Shown here piece by piece: positions 1 to 8,972 of a stretch of 32,000 bases of DNA (position 1 is its first letter; the number at the start of each line of letters is the position of its first letter). A program made the position numbers and the translations under genes. The notes under the pieces are model-generated. The model searched no databases. It was not told the DNA's origin and saw only the letters and a program-made list of their open reading frames with translations. Source of the DNA: Candidatus Helarchaeota ASGARD archaeon Hel_GB_B. GTDB taxonomy: Archaea > Asgardarchaeota > Lokiarchaeia > Helarchaeales > HEL-GB-B. Where the stretch lies: assembly GCA_005191425.1 (NCBI GenBank), contig SUPR01000029.1:4737-36736 (forward strand). The letters are read 5' to 3'.

Positions 1-2
1 TT

Positions 3-158
3 ATTAAATCACTTAAAAAATGCAAGTATATTAGGGCAGAGCAAGTGAGAAGTGGAGCATTTAACAGATATGAAATCATAATAACAGATAAGGGTAGGTC
101 TGTATATAGAGAATATATTCATTTAAAAAAAAGATTGACAGATGATGAAAATGAATAA
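3..158 (+). CDS. 3' end of a gene truncated by the window edge, probably a winged-helix (MarR/ArsR-like) DNA-binding protein
   Basis: Not in the ORF track. Frame 3 is open from the edge to TAA at 156-158: IKSLKKCKYIRAEQVRSGAFNRYEIIITDKGRSVYREYIHLKKRLTDDENE*. 'LKKCKYI...RYEIIITDKGRSVY' matches the wHTH wing 'Y.iTekG' pattern. The stop overlaps the ATG at 151 of the next gene. Confidence 0.6.
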   Translation: MKSLKKCKYIRAEQVRSGAFNRYEIIITDKGRSVYREYIHLKKRLTDDENE

Positions 159-1059
159 ACTAAAGTTCATTTCTAATTTCATTATTATATTTTTTATGAT
201 TAATTTTATAATAGTAGGTTTAATCCCAAATATTTTTGGTATTTCTAATGCTACTCAGACATCAAATAATTTATATTTTTTATCGGTCGGAGAAGCGTAT
301 TATGAGTCAAAATCTAATGAACTTATACCAAATGAAGGACCAGCAATTTGGCATATTAAAACAAATTTTGATAATGAATGCATATATATCTTATTTGATA
401 TTATGGACACAACAAATCCTGATAACAAAAATTTAGATCATTTGACATTTTATATTGATTTCAGCAATAATAATTATTTATCTGATAAATCGTCTTTTGG
501 ATTCTATATACAACGCAATTTATTAATTAAATATTACAGATACAATACAAATCAAGGAAATTTCGTTGAGGTATGTCCTCCCGATGACGGATCTATGGGT
601 ACTATACATATTTTACCTTCCTGGAAAGTTTATTATGTTTTTAATTATTCTCAATTTGGATATCCGAAATATCCCGAAAATCAGACGATAAAATTAATGG
701 CAATTTATACAGACCATATTATTGGGTCTATTATATTAGATTATAAATATCCCAGTCTATGTAACAGCTTATTAAAGAGTTCTTGGGCTACAGGGTATTT
801 TATTGAAGGGTATTCAAATAATGATGCTTTTGTTATTACAATTTGGATATTAATTTTTATTATAATTGCTGGATTTGCACTTATTTCATATAAACAATAT
901 AAAAGTTCATCAGAATTTCAAAAATTCAATAATAATAGACCTAAAAACAAAACAAATAGTTTATTGAATTTTTCTATTCCAAGATTAAATGAAGAAGATT
1001 CTGGTGATGATGATATAAATTATGAAATTGATTCATTTGAAGGTTATGAACCATGGTAA
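142..1059 (+). CDS. Membrane-anchored surface protein with a DOMON/CBM9-like domain; start may be ATG 151
   Basis: N-terminal hydrophobic signal. 'NFDNECIYILFDIMD...DHLTFYIDF' resembles the DOMON/CBM9 'wD..lY....v.D...D.vel.iD' pattern. C-terminal TM (AFVITIWILIFIIIAGFALISY) is followed by a basic then acidic cytoplasmic tail. Confidence 0.7.
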   Translation: MMKMNKLKFISNFIIIFFMINFIIVGLIPNIFGISNATQTSNNLYFLSVGEAYYESKSNELIPNEGPAIWHIKTNFDNECIYILFDIMDTTNPDNKNLDHLTFYIDFSNNNYLSDKSSFGFYIQRNLLIKYYRYNTNQGNFVEVCPPDDGSMGTIHILPSWKVYYVFNYSQFGYPKYPENQTIKLMAIYTDHIIGSIILDYKYPSLCNSLLKSSWATGYFIEGYSNNDAFVITIWILIFIIIAGFALISYKQYKSSSEFQKFNNNRPKNKTNSLLNFSIPRLNEEDSGDDDINYEIDSFEGYEPW

Positions 1060-1295
1060 ATTCTGAAATATTATTTGAGAAATCTCTTGTGTTAAAATTT
1101 TTAGAAATTTTTAAAATGAAAAAAATCAAATTGCTAAAAAAATGGGTTGATTATACAGCCCGAATCATCTTTACCTTAAAAAATAACTGTAAAATACATT
1201 TGATATTATCAAAACTTAAAAAGAATTACATGTTTTATCATATAAAAACTTATATTCCAAATATTAAATCTATATTAAGGATGTGTGCAAAATGA
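1053..1295 (+). CDS. Small basic hypothetical protein (80 aa)
   Basis: The start overlaps the upstream stop (ATGGTAA) and the stop forms an ATGA overlap with ATG 1292 of the downstream gene, suggesting translational coupling at both ends. No recognisable motif. Confidence 0.4.
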   Translation: MVNSEILFEKSLVLKFLEIFKMKKIKLLKKWVDYTARIIFTLKNNCKIHLILSKLKKNYMFYHIKTYIPNIKSILRMCAK

Positions 1296-3760
1296 AAAAG
1301 AAGTCAACATTAATTATTGTTATTTTCATAATAACTGCACTGGTACTCATAATTAATTTAAAATATATGAACCAAAATAATATTTTGACTAAAAAAGACC
1401 TAAAAACTAATATACAACATTCTCAAGCCGAACCTTACTTCTATACTGTATATTCATCAAACTATTATACAAGCTCAAATTACTCTATATTTGGCGGTCT
1501 TGCTGATTTAAAAACAGAAGTTCCAGGATTCATGAGTATTTCAAAATCATTTCATGGAATAGAGGGCTTAATATATATTGAATATGAATTTGATATGAGA
1601 AATATATATACAGATATAATGGACACTTTCATAATAGATTTACTTGCAAACGGAGGAATGAACTTAACTGGAACGACTAATCTAACCTTATACGTCTATA
1701 ATTATACTACAGACAATTATATATCGATCTATAAAATAAATGGAGACACTGAAAATATTTTTAGAAAAAATGGATACATTGAAGTAGAACTTTCAAAAAT
1801 ATTTGGTATTAATAATATAAAATATAATTTAATCTCGCAATATAAAATGAAATTCAAAATTGTATTACATAATAAATTGGTTAATACAATACCTCAAGAT
1901 TTTGAGCAGAAATTATACATTTATTATATCCAATTATTAATTGGAAAAGATATTGAAATTAGAAATTTAGAAGCTTCAAGGTTGGTCGACCTCACAAATG
2001 GATATTTTCATGTAATAGGAAATTTGACTAATATGTTTGAATTAGATAATAAAACAATTCAGTTTGGAATTTCTAATGTATTTCAATATCAAACGGTAAT
2101 AGCGAATTTTTATATTGAATATGACCTTGGGTATTTCGTAAAAGAGGAAATCCTAGGCATTTTGTTCCATCATTTAGACTGGATATATAGTTCTGGCGCT
2201 AGCTTTTATTGCGAAGATCCGTATATTTCAATTTTTAATTTCAATACCAATTCTACTATATCCATTCAGTCAATTAAAGAAGATCCACAAAGCTCACTAG
2301 AGAATGTTGATCCAATAAGGTGGGATAGTCGAATCAGTGTGAATAAAACCGGCGTTATTAATGGTTCGGTTATTAGGGTCTATTATCATGCAAAAATTAC
2401 AAATTTAGATCCAGCGCCTGCTTATTTTAGTATTACTATAGACCTGGGTACAATACAATTTGTAAGATCGCTAAGTCCTTTTGTAGCTAATGTAAATGTA
2501 ATTGACAATTATGAATATTGGGGAAATAATGCTTGGATAAATGGGACTGTCTACAAGGGAAAATATGATTTGGCTAACATTACTATTGAATCCTCAGGTG
2601 ATGTTATTTCTACTGTTCCAGGTTATTTTGAATACCCAATAGTTATAAATTCTGAGGGACAATATGAATTTTATGTAAAAGCAACAGACATATATGGCTA
2701 TTCTAGTATTTCCGGCCCTTATTATATACAATTCAATAGCCACCCAGTCCAAATTAACTTATTACTCGAAGAATTCCCATATCCAACCCCTCCAGATTTA
2801 CCTAAAATAGATGTAAATATCTTAATTAAAGATGCTATTTTTAATATACCTTTGTCCAATACTTTTTTTGATCTATTTGTCGAACGAAATAATACCATAA
2901 TAACAACTTATCGTAATTTATTAACAGGAGAAGATGGGACTTATCAACTTTATTACGATGTAGAACGCGATAAATATCTTGATATAGAATATAAATTTAC
3001 AGTTGAAGTCCATCAAATGATGAATTATCAATATGCTTCAGCATCATCATATATAATGCCTACACTTGCACCTTGTTATATCACAATAATTAATTATACA
3101 ATATCTAACAATGCTTTTGCAGGGGATCATTTTAGTTTACAAATTGAATATTATTCTCTTGCCAATTTTACAAATGCTTGGTTATTATTAAATAATTCAA
3201 TAATTAGTGATTTAAATCTCCATGAAGGAAATAATACAATAAATATTATTAATGATAGAGCTGGGTTATGCAATTATCAAATTCGAGTTATTAATGACCA
3301 CGGCTATTCTAATATTTCAAAACCATTATACCTATATTTTAAACCCAATCCTATTATTTGTGAAGTTAAACATGTAATTAATTATTTAAATAAATACTTA
3401 TTCATTAACATTTCAATTTTGGATAAAAGGACTAATCAGACACTACCTAATATCCCTATTGATATCACTATTTATGATAATAATTTAATATTCTGGAAAA
3501 CAACACTTCCTTCTACTTTACCATACACTCCAATATATATTCAATTCGATTTATCTTCTCATAATTTCTCAATATTTGTAAATATCAATAATACTTCGTT
3601 ATATAAGGGCCAAAGTATTAAAATTTTAAACATAGCCTTTAAATATAAACCATATCCATATTCTGAAACAATTCTTATGGTCGTATTATCTGGTGTGGGC
3701 ATATCTGTCTTTTTTATTCAAAATAAGAAAAACAATATACACATAAAAAAGGAGGATTAA
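1283..3760 (+). CDS. Large cell-surface glycoprotein with Ig-like/beta-rich domains and N- and C-terminal TM segments; probable start ATG 1292
   Basis: N-terminal KKK plus hydrophobic stretch. Beta-strand-rich composition with many N-x-S/T sequons. Big-1-like 'LTGEDGTYQL' motif. C-terminal TM (TILMVVLSGVGISVFFIQ) plus basic tail. Confidence 0.75.
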   Translation: MCKMKKKSTLIIVIFIITALVLIINLKYMNQNNILTKKDLKTNIQHSQAEPYFYTVYSSNYYTSSNYSIFGGLADLKTEVPGFMSISKSFHGIEGLIYIEYEFDMRNIYTDIMDTFIIDLLANGGMNLTGTTNLTLYVYNYTTDNYISIYKINGDTENIFRKNGYIEVELSKIFGINNIKYNLISQYKMKFKIVLHNKLVNTIPQDFEQKLYIYYIQLLIGKDIEIRNLEASRLVDLTNGYFHVIGNLTNMFELDNKTIQFGISNVFQYQTVIANFYIEYDLGYFVKEEILGILFHHLDWIYSSGASFYCEDPYISIFNFNTNSTISIQSIKEDPQSSLENVDPIRWDSRISVNKTGVINGSVIRVYYHAKITNLDPAPAYFSITIDLGTIQFVRSLSPFVANVNVIDNYEYWGNNAWINGTVYKGKYDLANITIESSGDVISTVPGYFEYPIVINSEGQYEFYVKATDIYGYSSISGPYYIQFNSHPVQINLLLEEFPYPTPPDLPKIDVNILIKDAIFNIPLSNTFFDLFVERNNTIITTYRNLLTGEDGTYQLYYDVERDKYLDIEYKFTVEVHQMMNYQYASASSYIMPTLAPCYITIINYTISNNAFAGDHFSLQIEYYSLANFTNAWLLLNNSIISDLNLHEGNNTINIINDRAGLCNYQIRVINDHGYSNISKPLYLYFKPNPIICEVKHVINYLNKYLFINISILDKRTNQTLPNIPIDITIYDNNLIFWKTTLPSTLPYTPIYIQFDLSSHNFSIFVNINNTSLYKGQSIKILNIAFKYKPYPYSETILMVVLSGVGISVFFIQNKKNNIHIKKED

Positions 3761-3764
3761 TATT

Positions 3765-4043
3765 TTGCACTATCTATTTAATTTTAATGATTTTGTAATT
3801 ATTGTTAATGATCTTTTTGGCAATATTTTTCAATTTTTAATAATATGTGCTACATTATTATTAATTGTAAACCTTCTTCTTTACTTTTTCACAAATCAGA
3901 AAGATTTAAAACCTATATTAACCTGCATAGCTACAGTAGGAATTTGTACTCTTCTAAATTATTTGATTTTTGGCCGATTCCCTTCCTTACCTCCATTTTT
4001 ACAATTTATTGAGGTATGGATCAAACAACTATTGGGACTATAA
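3765..4043 (+). CDS. Small two-TM membrane protein (92 aa)
   Basis: TTG start with GGAGG at 3751-3755. Two hydrophobic helices separated by a short charged loop (NQKDLK). Confidence 0.7.
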   Translation: MHYLFNFNDFVIIVNDLFGNIFQFLIICATLLLIVNLLLYFFTNQKDLKPILTCIATVGICTLLNYLIFGRFPSLPPFLQFIEVWIKQLLGL

Positions 4044-4166
4044 TTTAAAACAATACTAAAAATGAAAGAAATAAAAATATTGATCCATATATAAAAAATA
4101 GTTGCTAAAATTAGTGCCCAATAAATAAAATATTTATCAATAAGTTTCAAATTTATTGATTTAAAT

Positions 4167-4547
4167 TTATATATTCCAAAAATCATAATAAAGTGATCCA
4201 GGGTCTATATTATCAGTATCTACATATATAGTCTCTAATTTTTCAATTAAACTTTTGGTTTCATTATAGAATTCGATGGCGTCTTCCTTTTTTCCAAAAT
4301 TTTTAATGAATTGAATTTCATTATTATCATAATTAAAAAAAATGTGGTCAAAATTAAGCCTAAAGTTGATCAATTTTAACATTTCTAAAAAGGTTTCAAA
4401 TTGGGATAATTTAATCGTGCTAAAGAAATTATTAGAGAATAACTTTTTGAACCCTGATGAAATTAATAAAAGTACTTCATACTTATCTGATTTTTGTAAA
4501 ATTTCGAGAAACCCGATTCTATTGTCATAATTTTTAAATTCGTTCAC
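4167..4547 (-). CDS. Hypothetical protein (126 aa)
   Basis: GTG start preceded by GAGG. Lies 18 nt downstream of the 130-aa ORF and has protein-like composition. Confidence 0.6.
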   Translation of the reverse strand: MNEFKNYDNRIGFLEILQKSDKYEVLLLISSGFKKLFSNNFFSTIKLSQFETFLEMLKLINFRLNFDHIFFNYDNNEIQFIKNFGKKEDAIEFYNETKSLIEKLETIYVDTDNIDPGSLYYDFWNI

Positions 4548-4565
4548 TTTAATTCCTCTAATTTC

Positions 4566-4958
4566 TTAAAGTTCTGGGCCGAGTTTTTCAAATATGATTA
4601 CAATTAAATAAAACAATTTTAACACAATTTTTTGGGTATTCATAGAATATTCTAGATTTTTGCTATAGAACGAGAATTCATTATGGTCAATTAGAATGGA
4701 ATCAATATTATATTTGGAAAGACATCTTGAAAAAATAATACATAATTCAATATATTTTCCAAATTCTTCTTTATTTAAGCTTATTCTTTTAAAATTTATA
4801 GTTATAAAAAATTTGATGCCTTTTAATTCATTTGATAAAATTACATATTTAATTATCCCTTTATCATATAAAATACACTCTTTATTTTTTTCAAAGATTT
4901 TTTCCCAATTGATATTATTTTCATTCATTAAAAAATCAATATTTAGCATTTTGTGCAC
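4566..4958 (-). CDS. Hypothetical alpha/beta protein; probable start ATG 4949
   Basis: Abuts the stop of the upstream gene (TAGGTGCACAAAATG), where AGGTG would serve as SD for ATG 4949. No motif recognised. Confidence 0.6.
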   Translation of the reverse strand: MHKMLNIDFLMNENNINWEKIFEKNKECILYDKGIIKYVILSNELKGIKFFITINFKRISLNKEEFGKYIELCIIFSRCLSKYNIDSILIDHNEFSFYSKNLEYSMNTQKIVLKLFYLIVIIFEKLGPEL

Positions 4959-6287
4959 CTAATAAGCTATTTTTATTGTATTAAAATTTTCATAACCAAT
5001 CAATTTAGCATTAGATTTTAGTACAGAATTAATAAATTTAGTTAAAATCCGTAATTCTTGAGATGGACGGGTCTCAGGGATTATTGTCATATTCATCAGG
5101 GTATTACATTCAGGACATTTGAAATCATCATTTTCAAAATATAATAAATAATTGAATGTTTTTAGGCAATTTGGACATTCCAAAATAATTGAATCGCCAT
5201 TATTTTTTAGTTTATTATATTTGGATTCGAGCGATTTTTTAGTTAAATTAATAACTCGCATTGAATTACTTATGAATTCTTTTCTCCCTCTTGCAAAATA
5301 TTCGAGTATCCCCAATTCACTTAATTTGTATAGTGTGCGCCGAATTTCATTACTACCTACTTTAAATACTTGTTCTAATAAGGTATATGGAATTTTATCG
5401 TTATTATTATGATAAATACAATGCAATGAATACCCCCAAATTGTCAAATCAAATTCTTCAAGAGGATATAGGTTAATAATAGTCGTATAATATTTTTCTA
5501 TCGAGCGTAATTCAAGTATTGTAGCCATGGCTAATGACTTGACTTTATCTGGCTTAAAATGCTTAAATAATAGCGTCAAATTACTTTTACCGCAGATTAA
5601 AAGTCCTTCATGATGGTCTGAGGATTTTATTCCAAGTTGAAATAAAATATCCTTGATTTGGTTTAGAAATGATTTTAAAAATTTTTTTTTGATATTAGAA
5701 TGGATTTTTGAATTTAATAATCTTAAAATTAGAAATTCTCGAATTCCCCCCTGTCTGTTATTAAAAACATAATGAGCTTTTTTCGAACTAAAAAGTCCAG
5801 AAAGTATTCCCATTTTCACTTCATTAGAGAGTCCTTGAAGGATTTGTGGGCTCTGGATATTAAGTCCGATACATTTTAAATATTTTTTAAAAGAATTTGG
5901 AAACTTAACAATGAATTTTTGATAATATTTGTAAAATTTTTTTCTGTAGGTCTTACGTTTCTTTTCTTGCTTTTTGAGTTCTATTTTTACTCCAATTTTT
6001 TCACTAAATTTTTTAATAAAAGGAATTTGAGTGGGTTCTATGACCAAAATAAATTGTTTATTAGAAGAATAACTTGAACCAACGGCAATACCATAGAAAT
6101 ATCCATAATCATAATCTGGATTTTGTAATTTAAATTTTTGATTATTTATTAAAATATCGCAATTATCAGTTAAATTCTTTAAAAATGGTGTTATTCGTAC
6201 CCATTTATCATTATTAATATCATAATATTTAGCTTTTTCTTTACTTAGTCTATTAATTAGTAGTCTGTTGTTCAATATTCTAACCAC
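4959..6287 (-). CDS. Degenerate two-motif LAGLIDADG domain fused to a TFE-alpha/TFIIE-alpha-like winged helix plus C4 zinc ribbon
   Basis: Motif 1 YGYFYGIAVGSS (aa ~61-72) and motif 2 'PQIL...EVKMGILSGLFSSK' (aa ~147-169) are followed by 'FLNQIKDILFQLGIKS', typical of intein-type DOD endonucleases. 'SNEIRRTLYKLSELGILEY' resembles the TFE recognition helix. CPNC-x16-CPEC with FKCP is a TFE-like Zn ribbon. Confidence 0.7.
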   Translation of the reverse strand: MVRILNNRLLINRLSKEKAKYYDINNDKWVRITPFLKNLTDNCDILINNQKFKLQNPDYDYGYFYGIAVGSSYSSNKQFILVIEPTQIPFIKKFSEKIGVKIELKKQEKKRKTYRKKFYKYYQKFIVKFPNSFKKYLKCIGLNIQSPQILQGLSNEVKMGILSGLFSSKKAHYVFNNRQGGIREFLILRLLNSKIHSNIKKKFLKSFLNQIKDILFQLGIKSSDHHEGLLICGKSNLTLLFKHFKPDKVKSLAMATILELRSIEKYYTTIINLYPLEEFDLTIWGYSLHCIYHNNNDKIPYTLLEQVFKVGSNEIRRTLYKLSELGILEYFARGRKEFISNSMRVINLTKKSLESKYNKLKNNGDSIILECPNCLKTFNYLLYFENDDFKCPECNTLMNMTIIPETRPSQELRILTKFINSVLKSNAKLIGYENFNTIKIAY

Positions 6288-6439
6288 CGAATTTTTATCA
6301 AATTATAAATCTTTGTCTTATAGTTACTGACAAAAACTATATATTAGTAAAAAAAATGGGGTTTTGAAGATAGTTTTGCCGTTTTTTTTGAGTTATAATT
6401 TGTTCATTTTATGCACTCATTGCAAAAAATACAGTTATA

Positions 6440-6490
6440 TACTAAAAAACAAAAAATTAAAAAACGAAAAGAAAATTAAAAATTGGATAA
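6440..6490 (-). terminator. Probable oligo-T archaeal terminator downstream of fen
   Basis: On the minus strand, several T6-T7-type runs (tttttaattttcttttcgttttttaattttttgttttt) begin ~40 nt after the FEN1 stop. The AT-rich background weakens the signal. Confidence 0.35.
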
Positions 6491-6527
6491 AATTAATGGA
6501 GTTTAATATGGAACAAACCAATTCTTT

Positions 6528-7508
6528 TTATGAATTAAAAATGTAATGATCAATCCGCTTTTGCTTTATTTTTAAATCTTTGAATCCTTTATTTAACCTG
6601 GCTAAACCTCTTCGCACTCTATTTATAGAAAAATTCTTCTCTAATAAATATTCCTTAATAGCCAAAATATTTGGATATTGAAAATAAACATCAAATTTTG
6701 AGGTTATTGGTTTCAAGAATAGGTTTCTAATTTTATTAGCATCAAATTCGTTAAATTCGTAGTCCTTTCTCATGGTCTCAATATTACCATATTTCTTTAT
6801 CATTTTTAATGATGTTTTAGGGCCAAATCCTTCGAATCCTGGATGATAATCATTTCCCATTAAGATAATGATATCAATCAATTGGTTAAAAGAAATATCT
6901 AATTTTGTAAGTACTTTATTCAAAGAGATTTGCTGTAAAGTATTAGTCTTAAAGTTCAATTTTCTATAAATCTTTGGACATCCAAATATTAAGCAATCAT
7001 AATCTTCAGAAATAACTCCATATGCCTGTTGCTCTTTAACAAGGCGCACCGCTTGAGCTTCTCCCTCACTTGGTGCTCTAAATACCGGAACTCCGAACAT
7101 TCGTATAAATTTAATTAAATCTTCAATTATATATTTATATAGGAAGAATGAATCTTTAAAAACCTTTAACTTACTTCCATTTCCACCTAAACTATTATAT
7201 TTTTTCCATGCATTTGACAACCTCTTAATTTTATAGTAATTATATGGTCTTTTTTCTCTTGGTGGAATTCCATCAAAGATAAAAATTGGTTTAATTTTTC
7301 GTTCGATTAAATTTATAATAAAATAAAAGAAACCATAGATATGAGAGACTGGATTTCCATGATAATCATAAAAAATATCTTGAGAATTTTTTATTTTTGT
7401 TATATATTTAAATAATAAGTTAGTTGCGTCAATAACAATCGTCTTATGTGAAATATCACTAAAATTTATTGTTTCTGAAATTACAAGTTCTTTTAATTTA
7501 AGACCCAA
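6528..7508 (-). CDS. fen: Flap endonuclease 1 (XPG/Rad2 family), divergent
   Basis: IVIDA, IFDG.PP, APSEGEAQA, SEDYDCLIFG, ILMGNDY, GFGPKT (H3TH) motifs, and a C-terminal PIP-like QKRIDHYIF. TTG start. Confidence 0.93.
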   Translation of the reverse strand: MGLKLKELVISETINFSDISHKTIVIDATNLLFKYITKIKNSQDIFYDYHGNPVSHIYGFFYFIINLIERKIKPIFIFDGIPPREKRPYNYYKIKRLSNAWKKYNSLGGNGSKLKVFKDSFFLYKYIIEDLIKFIRMFGVPVFRAPSEGEAQAVRLVKEQQAYGVISEDYDCLIFGCPKIYRKLNFKTNTLQQISLNKVLTKLDISFNQLIDIIILMGNDYHPGFEGFGPKTSLKMIKKYGNIETMRKDYEFNEFDANKIRNLFLKPITSKFDVYFQYPNILAIKEYLLEKNFSINRVRRGLARLNKGFKDLKIKQKRIDHYIFNS

Positions 7509-7658
7509 ATTTTTTCCACCTTAAAGTATAAAATTCATTCCTATTTTTTAATTATTAATTTATTATTTAGGTATATTATATACATATATTTTAGAATCTG
7601 GTTAATAATTAAGCATTTTATAAATACTATAATTCTAATATCTGAAAATTCAATTTCT

Positions 7659-8432
7659 TTAAACATGATATAATTCACTACATGCGGATATATTTCTTAT
7701 AATTTTATATAAAACAAATGACGGTAATATTTCAAATTCAACATGGGCAAATGCATTGCTAAATATCGACTTCATTATTAAAAGGTTAGTATCAATAATA
7801 TTGTAAACTTTTTGTATATTTTTTTCATTTAGATTACCTTTTAATTTATAAAAACACCCGTATAAAATTTCAGTTTTCCATTTTTCCATTCTCGAAGGGA
7901 TATTATCATGAAAATTTAAGAATAATTCAGGAAAATCATCAGCCCATTGTAAATATCTGTCATTATTATTGTTAATTTCATTAACTGAAACAAAAGAATA
8001 ATCATAAATTCTAAAAAAACAGAGATTATTATCGGCCATAGACCGAATAAATTTTTTAAGATTACTCTGTATACCTAATGGAATTGATGCAATCCTGAAA
8101 ATAGCTAAAGCAGATAAAGTTTTCCCATTATCTAATAATATAATGTGGTCATTTTCAATATTATTTTTTAGGCGATAGAGTTTAGGTAATCTTGTAGGAT
8201 TAATTAGCAAAACCCTTTTGTTTTTAATGAATTTTTTATCAATCTTGAAAAAATAAATTAATAGAATTATCATTGCTATTGAGAAGCCAAAAATAACATA
8301 TATTATTGCTAATATTGGTAAATTAATAGATGAGATAAATAAAAAATAAAATATTATAGATAAATACATAATACCAGTAATTAAAAATTTATTTTTAAAA
8401 ACAAATCCAGCTATTTTTTCGAGAAATTTCAA
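7659..8432 (-). CDS. Membrane protein with two N-terminal TM helices and a cytoplasmic alpha/beta domain
   Basis: TTG start with SD AGGAGTG (8440-8446). Two TMs within aa 17-62, followed by a soluble domain. Confidence 0.7.
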   Translation of the reverse strand: MKFLEKIAGFVFKNKFLITGIMYLSIIFYFLFISSINLPILAIIYVIFGFSIAMIILLIYFFKIDKKFIKNKRVLLINPTRLPKLYRLKNNIENDHIILLDNGKTLSALAIFRIASIPLGIQSNLKKFIRSMADNNLCFFRIYDYSFVSVNEINNNNDRYLQWADDFPELFLNFHDNIPSRMEKWKTEILYGCFYKLKGNLNEKNIQKVYNIIDTNLLIMKSIFSNAFAHVEFEILPSFVLYKIIRNISACSELYHV

Positions 8433-8450
8433 TCTTATTCACTCCTTTCT

Positions 8451-8963
8451 TTATTTGATTAAAAATTCAATTAGCCCAATAATGATATAAAAAATATTCC
8501 AAGCGATAATTATACCGTCATTTTGAAAAACCATCGGGTAGAAGCACATTCTCACAATTAAAAATGTCATAAATCCCACCCAAAAAATTATCCAGGCAAG
8601 AAATATCACTTGCTTTTTTGTTAAAGAAAATTTATCTGAAACAAATAAATTGTATTGAAAAGAATTGACATTTTTTTTACTACCATCAATAGAAATTATA
8701 TCCGGAAGTTCTTTTGAAAGTTCCAACAAGATATTAACATTATCTTCTAGTTCTTTTATTTCATCTGAAGATAAATTATTGTTAAAAATTGTGTCAAAAT
8801 TAAAATCAATTTCATTCATTATGGTCTTAAAAGATAAAGCATTTGAAATTATTTCATTTGTATTATTTTTTCTTATCAATAAATCCCAAATCACTACAAT
8901 TGAAATTATTACTCCAATAATAACCGGCCAAAACGAAATAAAAAAATTGATAATTAAATCCAT
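8451..8963 (-). CDS. Three-TM membrane protein with a weakly PrgI/VirB3-like 'LTKKQ' segment
   Basis: ATG with SD-like AGGGTG. One N-terminal TM and two C-terminal TMs; 'KFSLTKKQVIFL' directly precedes TM2. Confidence 0.65.
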   Translation of the reverse strand: MDLIINFFISFWPVIIGVIISIVVIWDLLIRKNNTNEIISNALSFKTIMNEIDFNFDTIFNNNLSSDEIKELEDNVNILLELSKELPDIISIDGSKKNVNSFQYNLFVSDKFSLTKKQVIFLAWIIFWVGFMTFLIVRMCFYPMVFQNDGIIIAWNIFYIIIGLIEFLIK

Positions 8964-8972
8964 AATAACACC

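Noticed and set aside
62-143. TAACAGATA direct repeat (62-70, 82-90) and a related TGACAGATG near 136-144
   Set aside because: Lies inside a coding frame, is short and AT-rich, and is plausible by chance.
4959-6287. Active intein or mobile homing endonuclease
   Set aside because: No Hint splice-junction residues or host-gene interruption, and the catalytic acidic residues are replaced by Ser; not called a mobile element.
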